From NCBI GenBank assembly GCA_040755995.1, contig JBFMAF010000035.1:160001-224000 (forward strand): a stretch of 64,000 nucleotides of DNA, written 5' to 3'. The translations under genes were made by a program, and so were the position numbers. Under the pieces are notes generated by a model. The model was not told where the DNA came from. It ran no database searches and worked only from the letters and a program-made list of their open reading frames with translations. Below, piece by piece: positions 18,018-27,690 of this stretch. Each line of letters begins with the position of its first letter. Position 1 is the stretch's first letter. The DNA comes from Acidobacteriota bacterium (GTDB taxonomy: Bacteria > Acidobacteriota > CAIWXX01).

Positions 18018-18230
18018 ATACGGCGCGACATAAGTCGCGCTGTATGCGCGTGGGGGTTCCGGGGGAGGCCTCGCGCGGAGGCCTCCCCCGGTGGGGCACG
18101 TGGGGAGGGCTCAGGCCTTGCGCGGCCGAACGGCCGCAGATGCAAGGCCTGAGGCCATCCCCACGAATACAGCGCGTCATAGCCTGCCTCCACTCGTCGA
18201 ACCTGTCGTGGACTCATGACGCGCTGTGTA
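18018..18230. repeat. Cluster of hairpins/inverted repeats upstream of ppx
   Basis: Perfect 14-bp stem 18059-18091, long stem 18099-18165, and related IR pairs 18018-18045 and 18167-18229. Confidence 0.8.
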
Positions 18231-18298
18231 GCGACACCAGCGCGGAGGTGCTGCGGGGAGACCAAACGTGACCGCGCTGTCTCCGGCCATGACGTCGC

Positions 18299-18847
18299 TC
18301 ATCGCCCGCGATTATCTCGGCCCTGCCCGATCGTGTCAATCGCCGCCCTGCAGCGCTCGATGAAGCTCCGGCGCAGCTCCGGCTCGCGCAGTCGTTCTTC
18401 GTCCTCCACCGGGAGCCGCGGAAACCGTCTCATGAATTCACTCGCGAACAGTCCTGGGCCGCTCCCAATCACATCGCCGCCTTCGTTGCATACTCTCACC
18501 CGCTCCATGCCGCAGCTTGGCGACCTGCTCTTGAAGATGAACCCGTGCAGCCCTTCGCCGGCGAGCTCGTTCAGGCGCGGCCGGGCCCATCGCGTCATCC
18601 GGCGCGTCATATCGATCCGCGACTGCCGGGTCATCAGGCGCGGCGAGCCCCCGGTGCCGACCAGATCCATGGGCTCCCGCGGCACCGTCATGCCGCACTC
18701 GACCTCGGGGCACACCGGCACATACTCGACGTGCTTGCCCAGCCTCTCCGTCAGAAGGCGGTCCAGCTTGTGCCCGCCGTCATAGCGCACCTTCTCGCCG
18801 AGCAGACAGCTGCTTATCCCAAGCCTGATCTTCGAGCCGGCGCTCAC
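18299..18847 (-). CDS. DUF523 (YbbK / TudS 2-thiouracil desulfurase-like) protein, without DUF1722
   Basis: GISSCLLGEKVRYDGGHK, VCPEVECG..VPRE, FKSRSPSCG, GLFA; GTG start chosen after an AGAGGTGA RBS. Confidence 0.88.
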   Translation of the reverse strand: MSAGSKIRLGISSCLLGEKVRYDGGHKLDRLLTERLGKHVEYVPVCPEVECGMTVPREPMDLVGTGGSPRLMTRQSRIDMTRRMTRWARPRLNELAGEGLHGFIFKSRSPSCGMERVRVCNEGGDVIGSGPGLFASEFMRRFPRLPVEDEERLREPELRRSFIERCRAAIDTIGQGRDNRGR

Positions 18848-18906
18848 GGGTTGCTCACCTCTTGTATCGGTGCCAAGTGCTGTCAACAAGGTCTATAATA
18901 TGCTAT

Positions 18907-19113
18907 ATGAAGACGCGTCCGCTCGCTTCTCTGCGCGGAGGATGGGATGAGTTGGCTGCGGAAGGAGCGAGAACTGACCGTGTCCTGACCATTGAGGAAA
19001 GTGTGGGGATCTTCCTATCTCTCATCCGCGCCTATTCTCCATTCATTCGAGAAGCCCGGGATTTGTTTTTGCCGGAAAGAGAGGCGTATCCGGGCGAGCT
19101 TCAACAGCGGTGA
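18907..19113 (+). CDS. Small hypothetical protein or relic, possibly an orphan partner of a nucleotidyltransferase TA-like pair
   Basis: 68-aa helical ORF in a lower-GC patch with TATAAT just upstream. The family assignment is weak. Confidence 0.3.
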   Translation: MKTRPLASLRGGWDELAAEGARTDRVLTIEESVGIFLSLIRAYSPFIREARDLFLPEREAYPGELQQR

Positions 19114-19203
19114 AGCGACTGCGAGCTTGATTCAAGAGACTGGAAACGTCATGAGGAGGAAAACAGCCGCAGGACAGGTCGCTCGCGCCGGGGGCACGGC
19201 GCG

Positions 19204-20397
19204 GTGAGCAGCCTTCCTCCGTTGATCCCTCCGCGGCCCGCCGCGCGGGCGCGTGGCATCGGCTGCGTTCTCGTATTCGTCGCCGTAGTCGTCGGCATGC
19301 TGGCCGGGTTTGCCTTGTACCGCCTGGCCGGTCTTCGGCCATGGCGGCAGGCGGCACAGCCGCGACCTGTGGCAGCGCGCGGCGACCTGGCCAGCGACGA
19401 GAAGAGCACAATCGAATTGTTCCATGAGGCCAGCCCGTCGGTCGTCTTCATCACCACGCTGACCCAGCGGCTGAGCTTCTGGACCCGGAACGTCGTGGAG
19501 ATCCCGCAGGGTACCGGATCGGGGTTCTTCTGGGACGATGATGGCCACATCGTCACCAATTTCCACGTGGTGCAGGGCGCAACGGCGGCAGAGGTCACGC
19601 TGGCATCGTCGCACGAATCATACCCGGCGTCGCTTGTCGGCGTTGCCCCCGAGTATGACCTCGCCGTGTTGCGTGTGCGCGTCCCCAGGGACAAGACCAA
19701 GTCTCTGCCGGTCGGCACGAGCGCGGACCTGCAGGTCGGTCAGAAGGTGTTTGCCATCGGCAATCCGTTCGGTCTCGATCAGACGTTGACGACCGGCATC
19801 GTGTCGGCGCTCGGACGCACGATCGAGAGCGCGACCGGCCGGCCGATCGAGGACGTGATACAGACCGATGCAGCGATCAACCCGGGCAATTCGGGCGGAC
19901 CGCTGCTGGACAGCGCCGGCCGTCTGATAGGCGTGAACACGGCAATCTACAGCCCTTCCGGGGCGAGCGCCGGGATAGGGTTCGCCGTTCCCGTCGACAC
20001 AGTGAATCGAGTCGTGCCGCAGCTTATCGCCCACGGGCGCGTCGCGCGCCCGCAGCTCGGCATTTCCCTCGACGACCGGTACAGTCGCGGCATCCTGCGC
20101 CAGCTGGGAGTAGAAGGCGTACTGGTGCTCGGAGTCACGGACGGATCCGCTGCCGCGAAGGCAGGGCTGCGGCCGACGGAGAGGGAGCTGGACGGGAGCA
20201 TCGTTCCGGGAGACGTGATCCAGATGGTTGACCGGGAGCCTGTGAAATCGAGCAACGAGCTGCTTGCGGCGCTTGAAAAGCACAGCCCGGGTGACCAGGT
20301 AACGCTGACCTGCTGGCGTCATGGTGAGGTGATCACGGTGTCGGTCACGCTGCAGCCGTCGAGCTTCGGCCAGCAGCGAGGCGGGGACTCAGACTGA
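19204..20397 (+). CDS. HtrA/DegP-family trypsin-like serine protease with one PDZ domain
   Basis: TM anchor; GSGF, TNFHVV, DLAVL, IQTDAAINPGNSGGPL; C-terminal PDZ. Confidence 0.95.
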   Translation: MSSLPPLIPPRPAARARGIGCVLVFVAVVVGMLAGFALYRLAGLRPWRQAAQPRPVAARGDLASDEKSTIELFHEASPSVVFITTLTQRLSFWTRNVVEIPQGTGSGFFWDDDGHIVTNFHVVQGATAAEVTLASSHESYPASLVGVAPEYDLAVLRVRVPRDKTKSLPVGTSADLQVGQKVFAIGNPFGLDQTLTTGIVSALGRTIESATGRPIEDVIQTDAAINPGNSGGPLLDSAGRLIGVNTAIYSPSGASAGIGFAVPVDTVNRVVPQLIAHGRVARPQLGISLDDRYSRGILRQLGVEGVLVLGVTDGSAAAKAGLRPTERELDGSIVPGDVIQMVDREPVKSSNELLAALEKHSPGDQVTLTCWRHGEVITVSVTLQPSSFGQQRGGDSD

Positions 20398-20411
20398 TGA
20401 ATCAGGGGTGT

Positions 20412-20473
20412 TCCGGCTCCGGTACCCGTACCCGTTCGCGTACCCGATCCGGAGCTGGGACGGGTACGGGGTT
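20412..20473. repeat. Hexamer-based palindromic element (TACCCG)n...(CGGGTA)n, copy 1
   Basis: TACCCG TACCCG TTCGCG TACCCG ... CGGGTA CGGG; related copies at 32460 and 36588. Confidence 0.7.
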
Positions 20474-20531
20474 CAGGCAGATGGATTGTGGCCGGAGGCC
20501 GGCCTGAGCGGAAACGGCAAGGGAGACTGAC

Positions 20532-21671
20532 ATGAAGTGGTCGTTTACGGTTGCACGGGTTGCGGGGATTGATATCAAGATTCATGCGACGTTCGTCATC
20601 ATAATAGCGCTCGGCGCATTCCAGTGGGGGGACCAGCACGGGGTTCGTGGAGCCGTGTTCGGGGCGGTGCTCATGGCGCTACTATTCATCTGCGTCATCC
20701 TGCACGAACTCGGTCACAGCATCGTGGCGCAGTATTTCGGCCTTCCCGTGCGCGAGATCGTGCTGCTGCCGATCGGTGGTGTTGCCAGGATGGAGAAGAA
20801 CCCTACGAAGCCGCTGCACGAGCTTCTGATTGCGATCGCCGGGCCGATGGTCAATGTCGTCATCGCCGGAGTGCTGTTGGTCGTCACGGGCGCCACGGGT
20901 GCCGTGGGAAGCCTTGACGCGCGCGGGCTGGTCGCGGGCCAGCCGATGGCCCCGTCGCTCCCGCTGCTTCTCCTCTGGCTGCTCGCGGCGAACGTGAGCC
21001 TTGCCGTGTTCAACATGATTCCGGCGTTCCCGATGGACGGCGGACGCGTGTTGCGGGCCGCCCTCGCGATGGCGGTGGGCTTTTCTCGTGGGACTCGGAT
21101 TGCGTCGACAGTCGGCCAGGTCCTCGCGGTCGGCCTGGGGCTCTTTGCGATCCTGACCGGTCACCTGCTGCTCACGTTCATCGCCATTTTCGTGTTCCTG
21201 GGAGCGGGGCAGGAGCGGGCCGAGGAGCAGGCGCGGACGGTGCTCACGACGCTCCAGGTGGGGGACGCCTACAACAAGTACGCGCTCACGCTGTCGCCGG
21301 GCGATCACGTGAGCAAAGTCGTGGACTACCTCCTCACGAGCTATCAGCCCGACTTCGCCGTTTTGCAGGGGTCCGCCCTGCTCGGAGTCGTCTCAAGGGA
21401 GGATGTGCTGCGGGCGCTGGCCACCGAGACGGCCGACGTGTACGTGGCGGGCATCATGGATCGCGAGGTGTTGTCGGTGCCGCCGGAAACCCCGCTTGAC
21501 GACCTGCGCCGGGCCATGCAGGAAAAAGGGGTACGCATAGCCGCAGTCCATAGCGAAGACCGGTATCTCGGGCTTGTGAGCGCCGAGGACATCGCCGAGG
21601 CCATTCTCGTCTCGGCATTCGCGAAGAACCAAACGATGCGCCGGGAAGCCATGGACCAGCGAGGCGCCTAG
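20532..21671 (+). CDS. Site-2 protease (peptidase M50) with CBS pair
   Basis: HELGH, IAIAGPMVN, FNMIPAFPMDGGR; C-terminal CBS domains. Confidence 0.95.
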   Translation: MKWSFTVARVAGIDIKIHATFVIIIALGAFQWGDQHGVRGAVFGAVLMALLFICVILHELGHSIVAQYFGLPVREIVLLPIGGVARMEKNPTKPLHELLIAIAGPMVNVVIAGVLLVVTGATGAVGSLDARGLVAGQPMAPSLPLLLLWLLAANVSLAVFNMIPAFPMDGGRVLRAALAMAVGFSRGTRIASTVGQVLAVGLGLFAILTGHLLLTFIAIFVFLGAGQERAEEQARTVLTTLQVGDAYNKYALTLSPGDHVSKVVDYLLTSYQPDFAVLQGSALLGVVSREDVLRALATETADVYVAGIMDREVLSVPPETPLDDLRRAMQEKGVRIAAVHSEDRYLGLVSAEDIAEAILVSAFAKNQTMRREAMDQRGA

Positions 21672-21685
21672 CGCCAGCGCCAACG

Positions 21686-21738
21686 AGATTTCAGATTCTG
21701 GATTGATTTCGGATTTCAGCGTCCAGATTTCAGATTTG
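21686..21738. repeat. Degenerate heptamer tandem repeat (GATTTCA-like)
   Basis: gatttca gattctg gattgatttcg gatttca ... gatttca gatttgg in the intergenic space. Confidence 0.55.
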
Positions 21739-21854
21739 GTGCCCCGTCGTGGTACGCCCCGTATTGAACTTCGTGACGATCAGCTTCGTAACTCAATGCG
21801 ATGCCGCTGGACGTCCTGGCTCCATGAGGAGCGAGAGGGGCGGCTGAGTCAGAC

Positions 21855-22496
21855 ATGCTTCAAGGGTTCATTCTCGGGCTGAGCGGCGGCGCGGCGTGCG
21901 CCGTATACTGCGCTCCGGTTCTGGTGCCATACCTGCTGGGTGAGGCGGGAGGGGTGCGACGGAGCGGTTCGGCCGTGGCCCTGTTCCTCGCCGGGAGGCT
22001 CGCCGGATATTTGCTTTTTGCGACGGCGGCGTGGGCGGCAGGTGCAATCCTTCTCGGCTCCGGGAAGCTGCCCCTCATCGCCGGTCCTGCCTACGTGGTG
22101 CTGGCGGTGCTCCTGGCTATTTACGGAGCCGGCAAGCCTCGATCGCGATGTGCGGCGGGATCGTCAAGCAGCATTGGCCGCAGGCTCGGCGGCGTGCCAT
22201 GGCTGCTCCCGTTGGTCCTCGGTTTCCTGACGGGGCTGAACCTCTGCCCTCCGTTTCTCACGGCGCTCGTCGCGGCAGGCGAAGCGCCGACGCTTGGAGG
22301 GAGCCTTCTTTTCTTCCTCATGTTCTTCGTCGGAACATCGCTGTATGTGCTGCCTGCGGCTCTGCTGGGAGCCGCCGGCCGGTTTCCGAAGCTGCAGCTC
22401 ATCGGGAGACTCGCAGCCTGCGTCATGGCCCTTTACTACTTCTACGCCGGTATCTTGAGGTGCGCGGCGGGAATCGAGCAGGTGATATCAACATGA
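21855..22496 (+). CDS. DsbD_2 / TauE-SafE-like membrane protein with Cys motifs
   Basis: About 6 TM helices; CAVYCAP, GRLAGY, GFLTGLNLCPPF, FFVGT. Confidence 0.75.
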   Translation: MLQGFILGLSGGAACAVYCAPVLVPYLLGEAGGVRRSGSAVALFLAGRLAGYLLFATAAWAAGAILLGSGKLPLIAGPAYVVLAVLLAIYGAGKPRSRCAAGSSSSIGRRLGGVPWLLPLVLGFLTGLNLCPPFLTALVAAGEAPTLGGSLLFFLMFFVGTSLYVLPAALLGAAGRFPKLQLIGRLAACVMALYYFYAGILRCAAGIEQVIST

Positions 22497-23668
22497 GCAC
22501 AAACTCAACGGCGCCTTCGCGCGCGCGGAAGATCGTCAAGGCTGCGCTGATCTCGCTGCCAATGCTGCTCCTCTCGGCTCTGATGCTGAGCGGGGGTACA
22601 TCGGGTGAGCGGGAGATGATGCAGATCATCCCGGTGGCGGTCACGTTCCTGTTCGCCAACGCGCTGTTTTTCCTGATGATCTACACAGGGAAGACAGACA
22701 AGTACCGATCGCTGTTCTTCATCGTCATGGCTTTCTGTTTCATTCTCACGTTCACGACGAATCTTCTCGAAAGGCGCGGCAGCCTCGCGCTCACGCCCGA
22801 AGACATGGCGACCGGCAAGACTCCGTTCTGTCATATCGTGATACCCATGACCGTGATCCCCGCGGCGCTCACTCAGACGATCATCTTCCCGGGTTCGATT
22901 CTCGGGGGCTTCGCGAACATCTCGTCGATGTTCGTGCTGTGGATCGGAGCCACCCTCGCGCTCGGTCGCGGTTTCTGCAGCTGGGGGTGCTTCTTCGGCG
23001 GTCTCGACGAGTTCTTCTCGCGCCTCCGGAAGAGACGCATCATCAAGGACGTCGACCCGCGGTGGACCTATCTCCCGTACGCGGTTCTGCTCGGCGTCGT
23101 GCTGACCGCCGCTGCGTCGCTCACGCCTACCTACTGCGAATGGCTGTGCCCGTACAAGGCCGTGACCGAGTTCGCCGCCGTCACCTCGGTGAAGACGCTG
23201 ATTCAGACGGTCATCTTCATTTCGCTCTTCATCGCACTCGTCATCGTTTTGCCGCTGCTGATGAAGCGGCGCGCTCAGTGTGGGCTGTTCTGCCCGTTCG
23301 GTGCGTTCCAGGCATTTCTCAACAAGGTGTGCGCGTTCGAAGTGAAGGTGAACGGTGAGGTGTGCAAGGAGAAGTGCCGGTTGTGCACGCAGGAATGCCC
23401 AAGCTTCTCGTTGAGCCGCGAGAGCATTTCGAACGGCGGAACACGGCTATCCTGCATGCTCTGCGGCAAGTGCGTCGACATCTGCCCGCACAAGGCGGCG
23501 GGCTACCACGTCAAAGGCACGCCCGTTGCGGCCCGCGCCGGGGCCGCGCGAATGCTCTTCATCTACCCCGCATACCTGTTCCTGGTGACGTTCGGCGGCG
23601 GCATGATCTCCGGGGCGATCTACCGCGTGCTGTTGCTCGCGACCACCGGCAGCATCTTCCGGGCATAG
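22493..23668 (+). CDS. Membrane polyferredoxin (NapH/CcoG-like 4Fe-4S binding protein)
   Basis: GRGFCSWGCFFG, YCEWLCPYK, CGLFCPFG, CKEKCRLCTQECP, CMLCGKCVDICP; ATG at 22493 overlaps the previous stop (ATGA). Confidence 0.88.
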   Translation: MSTNSTAPSRARKIVKAALISLPMLLLSALMLSGGTSGEREMMQIIPVAVTFLFANALFFLMIYTGKTDKYRSLFFIVMAFCFILTFTTNLLERRGSLALTPEDMATGKTPFCHIVIPMTVIPAALTQTIIFPGSILGGFANISSMFVLWIGATLALGRGFCSWGCFFGGLDEFFSRLRKRRIIKDVDPRWTYLPYAVLLGVVLTAAASLTPTYCEWLCPYKAVTEFAAVTSVKTLIQTVIFISLFIALVIVLPLLMKRRAQCGLFCPFGAFQAFLNKVCAFEVKVNGEVCKEKCRLCTQECPSFSLSRESISNGGTRLSCMLCGKCVDICPHKAAGYHVKGTPVAARAGAARMLFIYPAYLFLVTFGGGMISGAIYRVLLLATTGSIFRA

Positions 23669-23677
23669 GAGGCATCA

Positions 23678-24142
23678 ATGAGACGCATCAAGTCTGTTTT
23701 GGGCTACGCGTGGGCGGCGTTGGCGCTTCCAATGGTGCTCGCGACCTTCATCGGGATGGACTCCTGGGCGCGAGGTTTCGCGTCGATCACAGGCCTGCAG
23801 GTGTCACCGTGGTTCACCGGAGCCGAGGTGGTGCGCACACTAGACCATGGGGAATATGAGACGCGGATTCACCGGCCGGTGTTCGACGGGCTTATCTCGG
23901 AGCGCGGCCGCGGGTTCGTCCAGGTCGTCTGGGTGCCCAAGGGCGACACTCTGCCGGCGATGATCGATGAGGATCTCGATATCATCGGTGACGACAGAGC
24001 CGACTGTCGTATCAGCCTGGATACGCGGACGAACCAGATCTCGCTTACGCCGCTCTGCGAGAACGTGCTGGGCGTCAAGGAGAAGCTGGTGTTCGAGAAG
24101 GACCGAGGCCTGCGCATCCTCGTGTCGAACCCACGCCGGTGA
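23678..24142 (+). CDS. Hypothetical membrane-anchored protein
   Basis: AGGAGG RBS, N-terminal hydrophobic helix, starts 9 nt after the ferredoxin gene. Confidence 0.75.
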   Translation: MRRIKSVLGYAWAALALPMVLATFIGMDSWARGFASITGLQVSPWFTGAEVVRTLDHGEYETRIHRPVFDGLISERGRGFVQVVWVPKGDTLPAMIDEDLDIIGDDRADCRISLDTRTNQISLTPLCENVLGVKEKLVFEKDRGLRILVSNPRR

Positions 24143-24282
24143 CCCGGCGCGCTCCACGCGCCGATCCCGGACGGGACCGGGGGAATGAACAGGGGTTCCA
24201 GTCGTGGTGGACCACGGCAAGCCGCACAGATCGCGATACGTGCGTTGCGCCGCCAATCCTATCGTCCGGTCAGAGATGTTCA

Positions 24283-24552
24283 CTGGCGGCAACCATTGTC
24301 GGCTACTTGTGGCTCAAGTCGAGCTACATCCCCAGAGCATTGGCGGTGTTTGGTGTGATATCGAGTGCATGGTGTGCCGTATGCATTTTCGTTCTTTACC
24401 TTTTCCCTGACTTCACGAAAGTGGTCAATCTGTGGTGGTTCGATTCGCCGATGGCGACCTTTGAGATGGCGACGAGCTTTTGGCTCCCGTTTAAGGGACT
24501 CAGGCCATCTGGCATAGCCGAGCCCGATCGGGCAGTAGCTGGTGCCGCCTAG
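24283..24552 (+). pseudogene. C-terminal fragment of a DUF4386-like membrane protein
   Basis: YLWLKSSYIPRALAVFGVISS...PMATFEMATSFWLPFKG; no start codon or RBS; lower GC. Confidence 0.6.
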
Positions 24553-24940
24553 GCAATCGCTCAAGCTGATGTCGATGGGGCAGGCGGGCCGTGAACGGAT
24601 GCTCCGGCTTTTTCAGCGGATTGCGAGCGAGCCGCATGGGAGAGGATACACGTAGAGGTGATAGGTGGCTGAGTCCCCTCGCCTCCACACCGAAGGCGCT
24701 ACGAGCCGGATCACTGCAGCAGCGACTCCGAAGCTGTTATGGCTGCCTGCGAGGAACAGCAGTCGAAGGCATATAGCAAGATCAAGAATGCCTTCCTGCA
24801 GCTACTCCTCGGCCCGCTCCACGGCGCTTGGCCGGAAGGGCGTCAGGACGACCGCCTTGTCGGCTGACCGGACCGCTCACGCGACGCCGTCGAAAGGCGC
24901 TCGCAGCCAACCCCGACGTGCGTCAACGCCCTAACACCTA

Positions 24941-24977
24941 TTGACTATCGGTTTTTCTCGCCTATAATCCTCAGGAT
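24941..24977 (+). promoter_or_regulatory. Sigma-70 promoter and candidate operator of the blaI-like operon
   Basis: TTGACT(24941)-16 nt-TATAAT(24963); palindrome ATCCT-C-AGGAT at 24967-24977; GGAGGTGA RBS follows. Confidence 0.7.
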
Positions 24978-24992
24978 CTTGGAGGTGAAACG

Positions 24993-25400
24993 ATGACGGC
25001 GCCGGTGGGTCCCCCGTTCCTGGGCGAGCTCGAGATCGCCATGATGGAACACCTCTGGGCAACGCGTTCTTCCGACGTCGAGACGGCACACAGGTCGGTG
25101 GGCCGGAGCAGAGGGATCACCCTCAACACGATTCAATCGACACTGCAGCGCCTTTACAGGAAAGGATTGCTGACGCGCCGGAAGGTGAGCCATGCGTACG
25201 TCTATTCACCTCACGTGTCCCGTGAAGAGGTGATGGCGCAGCTCGTGAGCGAGGTCGTCACGACCTTCTCGGGAGGGCGCCCCGAGCCGATGCTCGCCAC
25301 CTTCGTCGACCTCGCGTCACGCGCCGGACGGGGCACCTTGGAGAGACTCGAACAAATGATCGAACGGAAGCGGGACGAACGCGCGCGAGGCGACCGGTGA
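24993..25400 (+). CDS. BlaI/MecI/CopY family transcriptional repressor
   Basis: LGELEIAMMEHLW...NTIQSTLQRLYRKGLLTRRKVSHAYVYSP. Confidence 0.93.
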   Translation: MTAPVGPPFLGELEIAMMEHLWATRSSDVETAHRSVGRSRGITLNTIQSTLQRLYRKGLLTRRKVSHAYVYSPHVSREEVMAQLVSEVVTTFSGGRPEPMLATFVDLASRAGRGTLERLEQMIERKRDERARGDR

Positions 25401-26389
25401 CGTATCTCGGCGGAGTCCTCGATCTCACCGCCGTGGCGTGGCTCGGATTCACCTTGGCGTGCGCGTCAGTCTCCGTCCTTGCCTACCCATCCATGCGACC
25501 CAGACTGGTGGAGCTGAGGCCACAACAGCGGGCGATCGCGATTGCGGTGTGGGCGGCGCTGCCGCCTGCCGGCGGACTGCTTCTGACCGCTGTCTGCTTC
25601 TTGCCGTCAATACTGAGTCTCGCCGGCGTGACCGCCGACCACTGCCTCGATCACGACGACGGCCATCCGCACATGTGCCTGATCCACCCGCCGGAGACGA
25701 GCGGCCTCACCTTCGCCGGAATCGTAGCTGCCACGCTGGTCTTCGCCCTGGCGCAGCTTCATCGCGAAGTTCGCGAACACGGCCGCCTTCGCCGCGTGCT
25801 GAGGACGCTCGACCGCGCGAGCGAAACTGACGACGCTCACAACGTTCGCATCTTCGACTCACCCATTCCGCTCGCGTTCGCAGCCTTCCTGCTGCGGCCT
25901 CGCGTGTTCATCTCCTCGAGACTCGCCCTCTCGCTCCCGCGCCAGCTTCTCGACGTGGTCATCGAGCACGAGCGCGCCCATGTTCGACGCCGCGATCGCC
26001 TCATATGCGCCGCCGTCTCCGTCCTATCGAGGTTGCACGTTCCCTGGATCCGCGCGCGTCTCCTCCAGGATCTCTCGCTCGCCTGCGAGCAGGCATGCGA
26101 CGAGGAAGCGGCCGTCCGCGTCGGAGACCGCCTGCGCGTCGCGAGCGCGATCCTGGCGGTCGAGAGGATGTGCTCCGGACTGCCTGCGCTCCCTCATCAG
26201 GCCGTCTCCTCGTTTGGAGGAACGAACATCGTCCCACGCATTCTTTCGCTCCTTCACGACGCCGCAGGTTCGGGCTCATCCGGCCGCCGCTGGACCTGGG
26301 TCGGAATGATCATGGTCGCGCTGACGATCCTGGCAAGTGACTCCATTCACCACCTCACCGAAACGATTCTCACACCCTTCACGAGGTAG
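25397..26389 (+). CDS. BlaR1-type M56 zinc metallopeptidase lacking the penicillin-binding sensor domain
   Basis: TM helices, HERAHVRRRD, EQACDEEA; loop DHCLDHDDGHPHMCLIH. Confidence 0.9.
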   Translation: MTYLGGVLDLTAVAWLGFTLACASVSVLAYPSMRPRLVELRPQQRAIAIAVWAALPPAGGLLLTAVCFLPSILSLAGVTADHCLDHDDGHPHMCLIHPPETSGLTFAGIVAATLVFALAQLHREVREHGRLRRVLRTLDRASETDDAHNVRIFDSPIPLAFAAFLLRPRVFISSRLALSLPRQLLDVVIEHERAHVRRRDRLICAAVSVLSRLHVPWIRARLLQDLSLACEQACDEEAAVRVGDRLRVASAILAVERMCSGLPALPHQAVSSFGGTNIVPRILSLLHDAAGSGSSGRRWTWVGMIMVALTILASDSIHHLTETILTPFTR

Positions 26390-26395
26390 CCTCGC

Positions 26396-27688
26396 ATGCA
26401 GTCAATGTCCCCTCCTCGTTTCGTCAAAAGACCGATCGTCAATCGGAGATTCATTCCGCTACTTGCTTTCGGCCTGGCAGTTTTGAACGTGGCGCCCTCG
26501 GTCAGGGCCGGCGGGACATCGCCCGCTCCACGGAGGCTGACGGAGGCTGAGGCGGTCGGACTGGGATTGTCCCGCGCTGTGCTCGGGAGGTACGAGATGG
26601 GACTGGTCGGCATCGCGAAGGGCGAGGCCGCAGCAGCGGGCCGCTGGGCGAATCCGTCGTTCGCCTACGCGCGCGAGCAGACCGGAGGCCCTCCGGACGG
26701 GTCGACGGAGGGCTACTTCCTGTTCTCGCAGAGCCTCGACCTGTCCGGGAGCCTGAGGCTACGCCGCGAGGCAGCCGAGCGCCGCGTCGGTTCGGCCACA
26801 CTCGATGTGGCCCATCGCCGCCTGGCGATCGCCGCCGAGATCCAGCGCGGCTTCTACGAGGTCCTGTCTCTGCAGCAGCGCGTGGAGTGCGGGGAGAGGT
26901 GGCTCGGCAAAGTGCAGGAAGTCCTGAAGATGGTCGCGAAGCGAGAGGAGGCCGGAGACATCTCCGGCTATGACCGGCGCCGCCTGGAGAGGGAGCGCGC
27001 GTCGATAGAGGTTGCCATCGAGGCAGATCGCGGTCTGCTGGAGCGAGCCGGCCAGAACCTGGCCGCGATGCTCGGCATCGAAGACCCGCCCGAAGCCTCC
27101 GGCGACTTGCTTCCGTCCGCGCCACCGCTGCCGATCGATCAGCTGCTCGGCCGTGTCCCGGGTCGTGCGGACTTGAGGTCCCTGGCCGAATCGGCCGAGG
27201 CTGCTGAAATGGACGGCCGGGCTGCCGGGCGATGGTGGATGCCGTCGCTCGACATCGGGGCGGGGCTGAAAAGAGTGGACATCGGAGACCGCCGCGTCAC
27301 CGGCCCGCTGTTTCAGGCGACAGTGTCGTTGCCGATCTTCAATCGCAACCAGGGTGAAAAGCTGGTTGCCGAATCCCTCGCGAAGCGTGCGAGGGCGGAG
27401 CAGGCCCTGGGGGCCACACGGGCCGCCGGCGAAATTCGAGGCATCTACATGCAGGCGGTAAGACTCGGCGAAGCCGCGAAACGATTCGGCGAGGAGGCAG
27501 GCGGGTACTCCGCCGACCTGGTTCGCATCGCCGAGGCTGCCTACAAAGCTGATGAGACAGGCGTCTTGGAGCTCGTCGACGCCTATCACGGTGCACTGGA
27601 AGCCGAAACGAAATCAATCCAGATCGCGCTCGAAGCGCGCAACGCCCGCATCGACCTGGAGCTCGCGGCGGGAGCAGGAGGGGAGTAG
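26396..27688 (+). CDS. TolC-family outer membrane efflux protein (CzcC-like)
   Basis: Signal peptide, ANPSF, SLPIFNRNQG, AYKADE.GVLELVDA; operon context. Confidence 0.88.
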   Translation: MQSMSPPRFVKRPIVNRRFIPLLAFGLAVLNVAPSVRAGGTSPAPRRLTEAEAVGLGLSRAVLGRYEMGLVGIAKGEAAAAGRWANPSFAYAREQTGGPPDGSTEGYFLFSQSLDLSGSLRLRREAAERRVGSATLDVAHRRLAIAAEIQRGFYEVLSLQQRVECGERWLGKVQEVLKMVAKREEAGDISGYDRRRLERERASIEVAIEADRGLLERAGQNLAAMLGIEDPPEASGDLLPSAPPLPIDQLLGRVPGRADLRSLAESAEAAEMDGRAAGRWWMPSLDIGAGLKRVDIGDRRVTGPLFQATVSLPIFNRNQGEKLVAESLAKRARAEQALGATRAAGEIRGIYMQAVRLGEAAKRFGEEAGGYSADLVRIAEAAYKADETGVLELVDAYHGALEAETKSIQIALEARNARIDLELAAGAGGE

Positions 27689-27690
27689 AC

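Noticed and set aside
8446..18033. Long antisense ORFs (e.g. 8446-10122, 14615-16132, 16573-18033, also 40216-41412, 51125-52432, 54385-55683)
   Set aside because: They are shadows of real genes expected from high-GC codon bias and contain no motifs.
22031..22492. N-terminal extension of the 4Fe-4S protein
   Set aside because: It overlaps the upstream gene out of frame; ATG 22493 in an ATGA junction is the better start.
24600..24630. GGCTTTTTCAGCGGATTGC as an IS terminal repeat
   Set aside because: No partner repeat, target duplication or transposase remnant was found.
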